Program-made: the position numbers and the translations under genes | NCBI GenBank assembly: GCA_965202855.1 | Contig: CBDBBP010000001.1 | Location: 1,125,649-1,189,648 of the forward strand | DNA: 64,000 nt | Source of the DNA: Arenicellales bacterium | GTDB lineage: Bacteria; Pseudomonadota; Gammaproteobacteria; Arenicellales; JAJDZL01 | Direction of reading: 5' to 3' | The notes under the pieces: model-generated | Databases searched by the model: none | What the model was told of the DNA's origin: nothing | What the model saw: only the letters and a program-made list of their open reading frames with translations | Shown: piece after piece, positions 29,308-39,043 of the stretch | Layout: each line of letters starts with the position of its first letter | Position numbering within the stretch: position 1 is the first letter of the stretch

Positions 29308-29771
29308 TCAAGGTGTTTTGCATGGCGCCGAACGAGCTGTAGCCTTGAGCAGATAGTTTAAAATTCCGCAGTAGGCTTGGGTGTGATCGGCGTTTCGATA
29401 GGTGCCTGAGATTTTTTGCCGCAGCTGGGCCATGCGGATGTCGCGCGGCTCGACTATGCCGATATCGGCATAGTTACATCGCTTCAAGGAATGCCAGCAG
29501 TCAAACCCCCTTCGGCACATCATGCGGACGGGTTCGATCCATCGCCTCTTTCTTTAATCTGCAGGTCTGCGTCTGCAACAGTCAGTCCGATCAGTTCTGA
29601 GACGCGGACACTGGTTTGCAGCAGCATGGCCCGGTCGCGTCGCCCGAAGCGTGTGGCGATATCCGGCGCGGCTGCCAGCGCCGCACATTCATCGCGCTCC
29701 AGAAAATCCACAATCCGCCGCTCAAAGCGCTTGGGCGGAAGCAAACTCTCAAACACTAACGTCTCTACCAA
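29308..29771 (-). pseudogene. tyrosine recombinase (phage-integrase family) remnant, frameshifted with an internal deletion
   Basis: FLERDECAALAAAPDIATRFGRRDRAMLLQTSVRVSELIGLTVADADL (R-box region), then after a frame change HSLKRCNYADIGIVEPRDIRMAQLRQKISGTYRNADH (degenerate HxLRH...LGH...Y region). Confidence 0.6.
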
Positions 29772-29783
29772 AACGGGGTAAGG

Positions 29784-30119
29784 CTACTCGTAGCGGTAAC
29801 GATATCGTCCCGGTGCCTCGCGCATCGTTCGCAGGTACGGCGGATCGGCGTAAATCAATTCACTGCCGTCGAATTCAAACTCCAACAGATAGTTATGGCA
29901 GCAGCCGTGCACCAATTCCACCGCATAATCGCAGCGAAACTATTCAATGGCCGCCGCATCCACATCAATGCCAATGTTGCGCTGCGCTGGCGGCTTGCGC
30001 TTCATAATGGCACCGCCGCCCAGATGAGATTCAATGTAAACGCTATGCACCGGCATCAGCGCAATGATGGCCTGACACAGCCCTGCCGTGGCTTTGGATC
30101 CCAAATATGCGTTGCCCAT
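29784..30119 (-). pseudogene. D12-class (Dam-like) N6-adenine DNA methyltransferase remnant with in-frame TAG
   Basis: Own translation: MGNAYLGSKATAGLCQAIIALMPVHSVYIESHLGGGAIMK...IE*FRCDY...LIYADPPYLR. Y-x-GSK, FxGxG-like and DPPY motifs. Internal stop at 29940-29942. Truncated at 29784-29786. Confidence 0.65.
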
Positions 30120-30355
30120 CTATGATTGGCGTAAGTGTTGGGGTGAACGATGCGCGTACTATAGCTCCTCGGCACTTTAATGTTAAGGTCAACGGCGCGT
30201 AGCTAAAATGGCTTCATCAAACGAAACACAACCCGGTCGCAATGTCTGCGTTCGTTTAGTCAGCAAAGATGCTCAGCCTGTTAACACTGAATCAGATGGG
30301 GCGAGTCGTTACAAAATATTTTAAAAATCAATTGGCAAAATTATCTACACGCAGA

Positions 30356-30386
30356 GCTTGACAAATGGTAGTAAGTCCATTTGCTG
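30356..30386 (+). repeat. orphan IS110 right-end/flank junction motif, copy C
   Basis: GCTTGACAAATGGTAG (identical to 9056-9071) followed by TAAGTCCATTTGCTG. Sits exactly where the DUF4338 reading frame is cut. Confidence 0.8.
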
Positions 30387-30436
30387 TCAACCATGACGCC
30401 ACGAATTGACGCCAGCAACTTCTCTTTTTCCTGCGA

Positions 30437-30859
30437 ATGACGACTCAGCTGGCGCTGCTCGGATTCGGTGCCGCTTGGAAGACCGCGCCGCACGACCGCT
30501 TCATCGGCTGGTCGCCCGAAGGTCGACAATGCAACCAGCAAATGGTAACGAACAATGCCCGCTTTCTGATTCTGCCGTGGATTCGCATTCCAAATCTGGC
30601 TTCGCGGATTCTGGCATGCTGCCAACGACGGCTGCCCGAGGACTGGCAGCAACGTTACGCCATCCGTCCGGTACTGCTTGAGACCTTCTGTGAAATTCCT
30701 CGTTTCCGCGGCAATTGCTATCAGGCGGCCAACTGGATCAAAGTCAGCCAGCCCCAGGGACGCGGCAAACTCGATGTTCGAAATGTACGTGCGCTGCCGA
30801 TCAAGGATATCTGGCTCAGGCCGCTTCAGCGAAACTGGAAGGTGATCTTGAATTCTTGA
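30437..30859 (+). pseudogene. DUF4338-domain protein, C-terminal fragment only
   Basis: FIGWSPEGRQCNQQMVTNNARFLILPWIRIPNLASRIL...VLLETFCEIPRFRGNCYQAANWIKVSQPQGRGKLD matches the DUF4338 C-terminal block (LLETFVD..RF.GTCYRAANW..VG.T.GRG). N-terminal half absent. Confidence 0.6.
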
Positions 30860-31211
30860 ATGGATGCAGACTGTTCGACCCCAGACGCTCTGCCCCGCAA
30901 AATTCGCTCCAAATCAAATACCGCACTGACCGAGTCTCGCTGCTGCAAACCAAGGATAACCCGCTATTGCAATTTATAATGGACCCATCCTCAACATCAT
31001 AGTGTGGTGGTCAACGCAGGTTTGAGAGAATACCTCTATCACTACACAAGTGAAAACTTACTCTTGAGTAGGTTATTCCCAAATTTTACAATCCAAAGTC
31101 AGGAACAATATAGCGTGGGGTTGTCCTGACTAAGTCGGTGCCAACTTATATTAATTGGCATAACATAAATTGAAAGATCAATATGACTTTTCCAAGTAGA
31201 GACGCTCCAAT

Positions 31212-31626
31212 GTGGCTACTGCAGTTATTGCACTCAGATTTATGATATTTATAGAGAACAGTTTAAAAGACCAAGAAAACTTCAATTTGCGCTGGAATTC
31301 GAAATTCTTCAAAACATCGTTAAGTTATGTTCCTCCTGAACCGGGATTGTATGCATTTGGGCGTAAAATATTCTATCTAGAACTCGAAGAAAAACGGGAA
31401 TATGTTTATTAAAGGACAAGCAGATAATCTCAAAAGTAAACTAAAGGACTATAGCCTGCTTAGTGAAACCAATAGCAAACTAAGAAATTATTTTTACGAT
31501 TTCTACAACGAAGTCAGATGCTGGTACTGTCCTCTAACTGAAATAAAGAATGCTGAAAGAAAAAAACTGGAAGTAGAGTTGATCCAGTTCTTCAAACCGA
31601 AGTTTAACACAAAAAGTAAAAGGTAA
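31212..31626 (+). pseudogene. GIY-YIG-type nuclease split by a +1 frameshift (ORFs 31212..31412 and 31402..31626)
   Basis: PGLYAFG ... REYVY|(I)KGQADNLKSKL ... KLEVELIQFFKPKFNTK correspond to GIY, YIG-x-A-x-NL-x-x-R(K)L and E-x-x-LI-x-x-x-x-P-x-x-N. Frames join if one T is removed in GTTTATTAAAGG (about 31404-31410). May instead be a sequencing error. Confidence 0.55.
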
Positions 31627-31631
31627 GTTTT

Positions 31632-33251
31632 ATGTCCCAAAGTTTTGAAAACAACATTGATGAAATTATTGATGTAGTTTTAAATGAAGAAGAGAGGGAA
31701 CGAATAGCGTTACAAGTTTTGCTTGACAAATTAGGTAAGCGAAAAAGTCATCTGACTGCAGTATCGGCGAAAATGGGTACAACCAATTCTTACCTAACTA
31801 CGGTACCACTCAAATGGATTGCGTCAAACGTATTGTACGCAAAAGATTTACCGGTCTTTAAGGAGCACATTACCGAAGCTGACGGTCGAATTGAAATTAA
31901 TAAAGTTACTTTAGATTTTATTCAGCAACGTGAACCCGACAGTCGACGCCAACTTCCTATGGCTTTGTATTTGGCAACGAGAAAGTATCACAAATTTGGG
32001 CCGTTGATTATTGTCGCTTACCAAGATTGGGTATATAACAAACTCGCAGACGAATGGGGTTATGATGGTAAGGCTGGATCTGATTCATTGAATTTAACGC
32101 CAATTGACAGTAGCATGTTTCTTGTCGACTTAGATGTTGAGCAGACAAAGTACTTTGCTCTTGATGGACAACATCGCCTAATGGCTATTAAGGGATTAGC
32201 ATCATTGATAGATGGTCGATTAGAAGCAAAAAGGAAAGATGGAACGTCAATACCCAAAAAAGCACTAACTAGCGACGATATTGAAAATTTCTATCTGGAA
32301 AACGAGACTCTTGGTCTGAATGTCAACGATTTTCAAAATTTACTCAACGACACTATGGGTATTGAAATTATTCCAGCCGTTCAAGGAGGTGAGACACGCG
32401 ATGAAGCAATTTCCCGGTTGCGGAACATATTTGTTGACATTAACGAAAATGCCAAGAAACTTGAAAAAGGCGAACTAATATTACTCTCCGAAAATGATGG
32501 ATATCAAATTGTTGCTCGTACCATTATTACGCTGAATGACTTGCTTATTAATCGTGTAAGCGTCGAGAGAAAGAGCCTTACTGAGGCATCCAATGAATAC
32601 ACTACACTTAAAAATGTTTTTGAAATTTGTAAGAATTATCTTGGGAAGCAGGCTGAATTTGAAAAATGGGAACAACCAATTCTAAATCTAAAAGAACTTG
32701 GTTTTCTGAGACCAGAAGACGAGGAAGTTGAGGCTGCGATTAAAAGAATGGACGAGTATTTTAAGGCACTAAAGAAAATACCTTCACACAATGATATGGT
32801 TCAGGGAACCGATGTGCAAGAACTAAGATCTAGAAAGGGGAGAGACAACATTTTATTTTGGCCTTTTGCGCAGCTTGCTTTGGCCGAGGCGATAGCGGAC
32901 CTTCAATTTAAAAAACAAAGTTCTCTCGATGTCATCGTTCGTAAGATAAAAAGTTCTGAAGAAAAAGGTCAATTGAAAATGACAGACTTAAAAGCACCTT
33001 GGTTTGGAATTGTGTGTGATGCAAATAACAAACTCCGAACAACCATAAAACAACGAGAGTTGTGTAAATGTATGTTTACATATCTTCTAGGAGATGGTTT
33101 GCCGGATGAAGGGCGTGAAAAACTTCGAAGAAGATTCTTTAACGCAAGAAAGATTACACGGATTGGAGATATTGACGAGCAGGCTTATGATTTGTCAGGA
33201 AATTTGAGTTCATTCAATGAAAATTTCCATCTTCCAGATCCATGGCATTAG
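31632..33251 (+). CDS. DGQHR-domain protein (DndB-like, ParB/Srx-fold), 539 aa
   Basis: Literal DGQHR motif in YFALDGQHRLMAIKGL, and FVDINENAKKL downstream as in DndB-family proteins. Starts 5 nt after the GIY-YIG stop. AT-rich like its partner. Confidence 0.8.
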   Translation: MSQSFENNIDEIIDVVLNEEERERIALQVLLDKLGKRKSHLTAVSAKMGTTNSYLTTVPLKWIASNVLYAKDLPVFKEHITEADGRIEINKVTLDFIQQREPDSRRQLPMALYLATRKYHKFGPLIIVAYQDWVYNKLADEWGYDGKAGSDSLNLTPIDSSMFLVDLDVEQTKYFALDGQHRLMAIKGLASLIDGRLEAKRKDGTSIPKKALTSDDIENFYLENETLGLNVNDFQNLLNDTMGIEIIPAVQGGETRDEAISRLRNIFVDINENAKKLEKGELILLSENDGYQIVARTIITLNDLLINRVSVERKSLTEASNEYTTLKNVFEICKNYLGKQAEFEKWEQPILNLKELGFLRPEDEEVEAAIKRMDEYFKALKKIPSHNDMVQGTDVQELRSRKGRDNILFWPFAQLALAEAIADLQFKKQSSLDVIVRKIKSSEEKGQLKMTDLKAPWFGIVCDANNKLRTTIKQRELCKCMFTYLLGDGLPDEGREKLRRRFFNARKITRIGDIDEQAYDLSGNLSSFNENFHLPDPWH

Positions 33252-33407
33252 TCAAGATACAAATTTTAGCATGAACTCTGATTGTCCATATATCAAGGAG
33301 AACATTCGCTCAACGAGTCTATTTGGCGGTGCGATTTTTACATCTATGGGCGATATCAGAAGAGCTACAAAAAAGCTCCGCATTAATCTAAATGACTTGC
33401 GTGCACG

Positions 33408-33442
33408 AGGGGTGGACATCCTACCATTTGTCGAGCCGGATT
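33408..33442 (-). repeat. orphan IS110 right-end/flank junction motif, copy B (inverted)
   Basis: AGGGGTGGACATCCTACCATTTGTCGAGCCGGATT is the reverse complement of 9050-9084 with one mismatch. No transposase sequence adjoins it. Confidence 0.9.
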
Positions 33443-33992
33443 GCGTGCCTGCGGCTTCGCCGTCATTGTTCCCGAATTGTTATGCAAAAAGTTCATAAGT
33501 TAAATTATCGGAGTCAAATGTCATTTGATTTTGCAATAACACACAGACAACCTTAAGCAGCTGCATGGCAACACTCCGCAAAGGGCGATGCATTGAAATT
33601 TTCACACCACCGTTAAGATTTTCGACGCTTCAGCGTTGTGTACCTTCTCGAACACCGACGGGCTGCGATGGAGAAATCGACAACTATCATTGCCGGTCTC
33701 GATGATCTCACAGAGTGCGTCGGACGACTTAGCACCGCCGTCGTCGATTTCTCGTCCTGAAAGACCTGATTCCACTCGCCGGAGTTCAGTGCACCCTCGA
33801 ATTAATATCAGCGCTCGACTCATATTGATGGCTTTTTCGAGTTACAAGGAACGAGCGCAAAAGTGTTCCGAAAATCTATTGGCGCTGTTGATCCGACTGG
33901 AAGTTACGGAGCCGGTGGAATAGCTGCAACAACGGGCGGAAGATTTCATCGAGTGGTATCTGCAATCTGGGCAAAAGGAACTGAAAGCAGGT

Positions 33993-34334
33993 TTGATGAA
34001 GTGGTTCATAACGTCGTTGGAGATTGCCGGTGACGAAGATTTTCATCGCCGGATTGAAGGGGTCGAAGACACGGGAATGTTAGTTGAGAATATCAGACAA
34101 TGGGCTGTCGATTACAAAGAAGCTGGTTTGAAGCAAGGCAAGCGCGAGCTGCTGTTGCGACAAATTGAGACGAAGTATGGAATTGGAACTGAGGCGCACG
34201 AACAATTGACAGAAAACTTGCGGCGGCACACCAAGACAGAAGCTCTGGATCGATTTGGAGAATGGATCATTGAGTGTGAATCAGCTGAGGAACTGCTCCA
34301 ACGCATTCGTGCCAGTTCCAACGGCATCAGCTGA
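33993..34334 (+). pseudogene. Rpn/YhgA-like (PD-(D/E)XK transposase-like) C-terminal DUF4351 fragment
   Basis: GLKQGKRELLLRQIETKYGIGTEAHEQLTENLRRHTKTEALDRFGEWIIECESAEELLQRI fits the DUF4351 pattern (G..eG...LLlRqL..rfG......i..L....L..l.e.ll...s..eL). No nuclease domain upstream, only broken frames at 33640-33990. Confidence 0.5.
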
Positions 34335-35496
34335 GTTCATCGAATATTGGGCCGTAAATATGGAAATTCCAGTTGAGAATAATAAAGTGATACGCAGCTG
34401 ATGCGAGACTAGCATTTTTGCCTGTTGAAAACTCTTGTAAGAAGATACGAAATGACAATGGCATCAAGCCAGAAGAAATAGTTTCGACCAAGTTCCAATA
34501 ACGAGGAATTTTGTACCTACATGCCCGCTTTAGTCCTATCGCGGCGACATGAAATGGGAAATGTCTTCAAATAATGTTAGGGAAACTGCGCTCCGCAGTG
34601 AATAGTAACGACTCTGCGGAACTGAAGTTTGCTGCGTCAAGCGGCTTTGAAATCAGCTGATGCCTTCGCACTAACAAAATTCCTTACCTCCCTCTTATGT
34701 GACGTTGCATACAGGTACAAAATCATTAGGCTAGTGTGAGCTGGCTCATGTTCCAATTGAAGAGCCCGACAACAGTCGCGATACAGCATGTCCATCAGGG
34801 CCTTCGAATCGGTTGCGATGGGTTCAATCGTTGAGGGTGATTTTGAATTGCCACTACTATGGTTCATTCCATAGACTCTATGGACCGGTTGATGATCGCA
34901 ATCTAAGGAAAAGTCAGAAAATTACACCATTTTAGGACATATTATTTTTTATTATCAGTATCTTATATAAATCAAATTTATGGTTTTGGATTCCGAAACT
35001 CGAAGAAAATATTTCTACGCAGAATCTAGCCCAGTTGTAGTCCAATCAAGAGTGATATTTTTTCATTAACTGACGGTTTGTTTGAATCAAGTCTGTTCTG
35101 CATTCATCGAACATCCCCGGTAGCGAATTAGCAAAATATGTTTGCAATTTCTTTATAATTTAGGATTAAGTGCAATCTGAACAATTATGAATGTGGACGT
35201 TGAATTTACAGTCGTTTTTAAAATTCGGGTTTAATATCTCAAAAATTACAACGATTCAGAAATTAAATTACATCAAAGAATTCATTAATAGAAAGATTTC
35301 TTATCAATTAGTAGAGTTTGAGTTAATTGCCAACTTATATAAGAACCGATTGGTGTGACGGCTGTAAAGGTCAGGACAAGACAGCCTCCATGTATATTTG
35401 GCATCTCAAGTCCTGGTTCCGCAGTGTGCGTATCTGTTATCGATTGAAATGCTTGTGTTTCGTCGCTCGCGTAAGTTTGTTTAGCGAGTTAAGGCT

Positions 35497-35853
35497 TTGG
35501 ACAGTTTAACCTTTATTATTCCGCTGGTTGTCGGACTTGTGATTGGTGGTGCGGCCGGATTTATATTTGGACATATTCGTAATGGTGATGAAGAAGCCAA
35601 AGCCAAATACGAGAAACTTCAAAACGAATTTAATGAATATCGCTCAACTGTCCGTCAACATTTCGTTGATACTGTTTCCCTGCTCAGTCAAATCGACGAG
35701 CGACAAAAACAGCTCTATCAGAATGTTTCTACCGGTGTGAGTAATCTGTGTTCTTCCAAATCTGATGAAAACAATGTCTTTTTGGAGCAGAGTGTGCAGG
35801 CTTTGGCCAAATTAGATGATGAGACTGAAACAAAAAAGTCCGAAACTTCCTGA
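35497..35853 (+). CDS. yhcB: YhcB/ZapG-family (DUF1043) inner-membrane protein
   Basis: N-terminal TM (FIIPLVVGLVIGGAAGFIFG), then KLQNEFNEYRSTVRQHFVDTVSLLSQIDERQKQLYQNV, which parallels E. coli YhcB (ELDEYREELVSHFARSAELLDTMAHDYRQLYQHM). TTG start. Confidence 0.7.
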   Translation: MDSLTFIIPLVVGLVIGGAAGFIFGHIRNGDEEAKAKYEKLQNEFNEYRSTVRQHFVDTVSLLSQIDERQKQLYQNVSTGVSNLCSSKSDENNVFLEQSVQALAKLDDETETKKSETS

Positions 35854-35904
35854 AATAATTTTGTCCTAAACTCGAAATACCAAACCGAGTTTAATCTGAA
35901 ACAC

Positions 35905-36249
35905 TTAATCGCTGGATGCGCCTTCCGGCGATCTATATGGTAGTGGAAAAGGGGTAATGACTCCTTTCCCATCGAAGGAATGCATTTTTGCTGGTCCTTC
36001 CTTTTCTACTTCGTCAACACGTACTACAGAGTGGATTGGTATGTATGTGCGACTGACCCCCTCAAATTGATTTTTTAGTTGTTCTTCACCTGGATTGACG
36101 ACTAGCTTGGAGCTGTCGCCGAAGACCAAATTTTGAACTTCCAAAAAGGCGAACATTTCGCTCTGGCAGACATTTCTTGCATATAGTTCATAGATTTTCC
36201 CTTGGTTGTGGAAAATCACACGATACATGTTAATTTTCTTTGATGGCAT
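35905..36249 (-). CDS. DUF1820-family protein
   Basis: MYRVIFHNQGKIYELYARNVCQSEMFAFLEVQNLVFGDSSKLVVNPGEEQLKNQFEGVSRTYIPIHSVVRVDEVEKEG closely follows the DUF1820 consensus as I recall it. Confidence 0.7.
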   Translation of the reverse strand: MPSKKINMYRVIFHNQGKIYELYARNVCQSEMFAFLEVQNLVFGDSSKLVVNPGEEQLKNQFEGVSRTYIPIHSVVRVDEVEKEGPAKMHSFDGKGVITPFPLPYRSPEGASSD

Positions 36250-36553
36250 TCGAAGTTTTTACCAAGTTAGAAATAATTTGGTTTGAAGAATTGGCATAAG
36301 CAAGATGCCTGAAAGAATTTTATCAGTTTTACAAGCTCTGAGTAATGATTTGACTGTAGGTTACCATTCGTATTCGACTCCAAAATATATTAGCAATGCA
36401 GGTACGATGAGCCAAAGCAAGCCCTTAATCAAGAAAAACAAAAAGCCGATCCATCCAAGCCTTTTAATCCAATTTGGCAATCTTTGACTTCGTAGGAATT
36501 TTAACTGCTTTGTCATGACCTCCTGGAAAATTTACGAAAATCAGATCTAGCCC

Positions 36554-37411
36554 TCATCTATCAATTTTATCCACAATCGAGAAAAATGAAGTTAAGTGCT
36601 TGGCAACCTGGTCAGGGGTGTCCATATGGCAATGGTGGCCACCCTTTATATCAACAATTTGTAAATGACTTATATGTTGCTCCCGTCCACTTAACCGTTC
36701 CCAGTTCATAATAATGCCTTTGGAACTTCGAATTAAGAGAGCTTCACACTCAATCTTTGAAAGATAATGAATCACATGCTCTTCAGCAAGATATATGGGT
36801 GACGCACGACGCAGACATCGGTCCGTTCGCCATACAAGGCCTCCTTCACCGTTTGGTATCAAGTTTCGGTTTGCAATCAATCGAGCAGAAGCAAAAGATA
36901 GATCTCCAGCTTCTTGTCGCGCCAGAGCAGCCTCGTCGATGCTGCGGTAAATTCGAACAGGTCTGGGTTTCTTGAGAGTCTCATCAATATGACGACGAAG
37001 CTGGTTCGTCATATTTTCGAATTTTCCCGTAAATGGCGCCAGTCCTTCTATCATCGCCAGGCGAATAACTTTTTCAGGGGTAACGGCTGCCACAAGCGCC
37101 GCGATACCACCCCCTAAAGAATGCCCTAGCAGATCAAATTTTTTCAAACCGAGCTGTTCTGTCGCAAGAATGACGTCCGCTGCGTAGTCAATAAAATGGT
37201 AGGCATTTGTACCGCGACGATGTTCGGACTTCCCATGACCAGGGAAGTCTAGGGCGATGAGGTGAATATTATTCAAGTAAGGCGAAATAGGAATAAAGCT
37301 GGCGGCATTGTCTAACCAGCCGTGGAGAGCGATCACAGGCGGTTTTGATTTTTCTCCTGAAGCGAGGCCCGTTAGTTTTAGATTCTTGGTCGAAATAGAT
37401 AATTCACGCAT
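36554..37411 (-). CDS. alpha/beta-fold hydrolase
   Basis: VIALHGWLDNAASF, nucleophile elbow GHSLGGGIA, C-terminal GGHHCHMD. Confidence 0.8.
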   Translation of the reverse strand: MRELSISTKNLKLTGLASGEKSKPPVIALHGWLDNAASFIPISPYLNNIHLIALDFPGHGKSEHRRGTNAYHFIDYAADVILATEQLGLKKFDLLGHSLGGGIAALVAAVTPEKVIRLAMIEGLAPFTGKFENMTNQLRRHIDETLKKPRPVRIYRSIDEAALARQEAGDLSFASARLIANRNLIPNGEGGLVWRTDRCLRRASPIYLAEEHVIHYLSKIECEALLIRSSKGIIMNWERLSGREQHISHLQIVDIKGGHHCHMDTPDQVAKHLTSFFSIVDKIDR

Positions 37412-37588
37412 CGCCGATTGTTTTTTTTTAGATATGAAGAACGTCTGGACAATTGATCAGAAGTCTCTAAGTGATGCTTCATTTTAGTCAATCCACTGCG
37501 CTTTACTCAACAGTAGAATCTAAAGTCGCGTGGTACAATCTATGCTACTTAGCGTATATCGATTTATCAAATAAATTATGGAGGCAGA

Positions 37589-39004
37589 ATGGCCCAAACT
37601 GCACGAGTCCGAACCGAACCTAAAGTGAAGATCGCAAGAAAGCGAGATACAGTTACTATAGTCAACAATCGAGATGGCAAAAGATACGAGTTTCCAATTG
37701 TAGACGGTTCTTTAGGCCCCAGTCTGATTAATATAGGGTCGCTTTATCGCGATTCCGGTTTGTTTACATATGATCCAGGGTTTACGTCAACTGGCTCGTG
37801 TTCTTCAGAGATCACCTTTATCGACGGAGAAAGAGGCATTCTGTTACATCGAGGCTATCCCATTGAACAATTGGTAGAAAACACTGATTACTTGGATGTT
37901 TGTTACCTTTTGCTTCATGGTGAGTTGCCATCGAAAGAAGAAAAGAGAGATTTTGATTATTCCATAACTCGCCATACCATGTTGCATGAACAGTTGGTGT
38001 CATTTTTTCGTGGATTTAAGCGATCTGCACATCCAATGGCAGTCATGGTTGGTGTTATTGGAGCGCTCTCGGCGTTTTATCACGACGATACAAACGTCCG
38101 CGATCCGATTATGCGAATGCTTGCGGCTCACCGACTCATCGCAAAAATGCCAACGATCGCCGCTTATGCATACAAGTATTCCATAGGCCAACCTTTTCTT
38201 TATCCGAAGAACGATCTAACTTATGCAGAAAATTTGTTGCGGCTTATGTTTGGCGTTCCTACCGAGGAGTACGAGGTTAGTCCTGTCATTTCGAGGGCCA
38301 TTGATCGAATCTTAATCTTACATGCCGATCATGAACAGAATGCTTCAACTTCTACTGTGCGGTTAGCTGGGTCGTCTGGAGCGAATCCATTTGCTTGTAT
38401 TGCAGCGGGCATCGCTTCGCTTTGGGGACCCGCTCACGGTGGTGCCAACGAAGCTGTGCTGCGCATGTTGAACGACATTGGGGATGTAGAAAACATTCCA
38501 AAATTTATTGCTCGAGCGAAAGATCGATCAGATAGATTTCGATTGATGGGGTTTGGTCATCGAGTTTATAAAAACCACGATCCCCGTGCTCGAATTTTGC
38601 GAGAAACCTGTCATGAAGTCCTTAACGAACTTGAATTGACCGATCCGGCACTTCCAATCGCCTTGGAATTGGAGAAAATTGCTCTACAGGATGAATATTT
38701 CATTGAAAAGAAACTCTATCCAAACGTTGACTTTTATTCAGGAATCATTCTAAGGGCGGTCGGTTTTCCAGAACAAATGTTCACTGCCATGTTTGCAATC
38801 GCTCGAACAGTTGGATGGATTGCCCATTGGAAAGAGATGTTTGGAAGTAAGGAAAACCAACGAATTGGGCGACCTCGGCAACTGTACCTCGGTCCTGCAC
38901 GAAGAGAGTTTGAAGTTCTTGAAAAAAGAAAAAGCAAAAATCCCAATTGGTTTCGTCTTTGGGGTGGAAATGGGCCTAAAGACGCAGGTAAAAAGGTTGA
39001 TTAG
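37589..39004 (+). CDS. gltA: citrate synthase, type II (GltA-like), 471 aa with N- and C-terminal extensions
   Basis: [84 protein letters not shown]. Confidence 0.9.
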   Translation: MAQTARVRTEPKVKIARKRDTVTIVNNRDGKRYEFPIVDGSLGPSLINIGSLYRDSGLFTYDPGFTSTGSCSSEITFIDGERGILLHRGYPIEQLVENTDYLDVCYLLLHGELPSKEEKRDFDYSITRHTMLHEQLVSFFRGFKRSAHPMAVMVGVIGALSAFYHDDTNVRDPIMRMLAAHRLIAKMPTIAAYAYKYSIGQPFLYPKNDLTYAENLLRLMFGVPTEEYEVSPVISRAIDRILILHADHEQNASTSTVRLAGSSGANPFACIAAGIASLWGPAHGGANEAVLRMLNDIGDVENIPKFIARAKDRSDRFRLMGFGHRVYKNHDPRARILRETCHEVLNELELTDPALPIALELEKIALQDEYFIEKKLYPNVDFYSGIILRAVGFPEQMFTAMFAIARTVGWIAHWKEMFGSKENQRIGRPRQLYLGPARREFEVLEKRKSKNPNWFRLWGGNGPKDAGKKVD

Positions 39005-39043
39005 CTACCTGTTCATTCCTGCCGTGTTTGCGTTGGAATCAAA

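Noticed and set aside
30437-30859. DUF4338 fragment as evidence of a Druantia system
   Set aside because: Only a C-terminal fragment is present. No druB-E genes or large DUF1998 helicase genes occur anywhere in the window.
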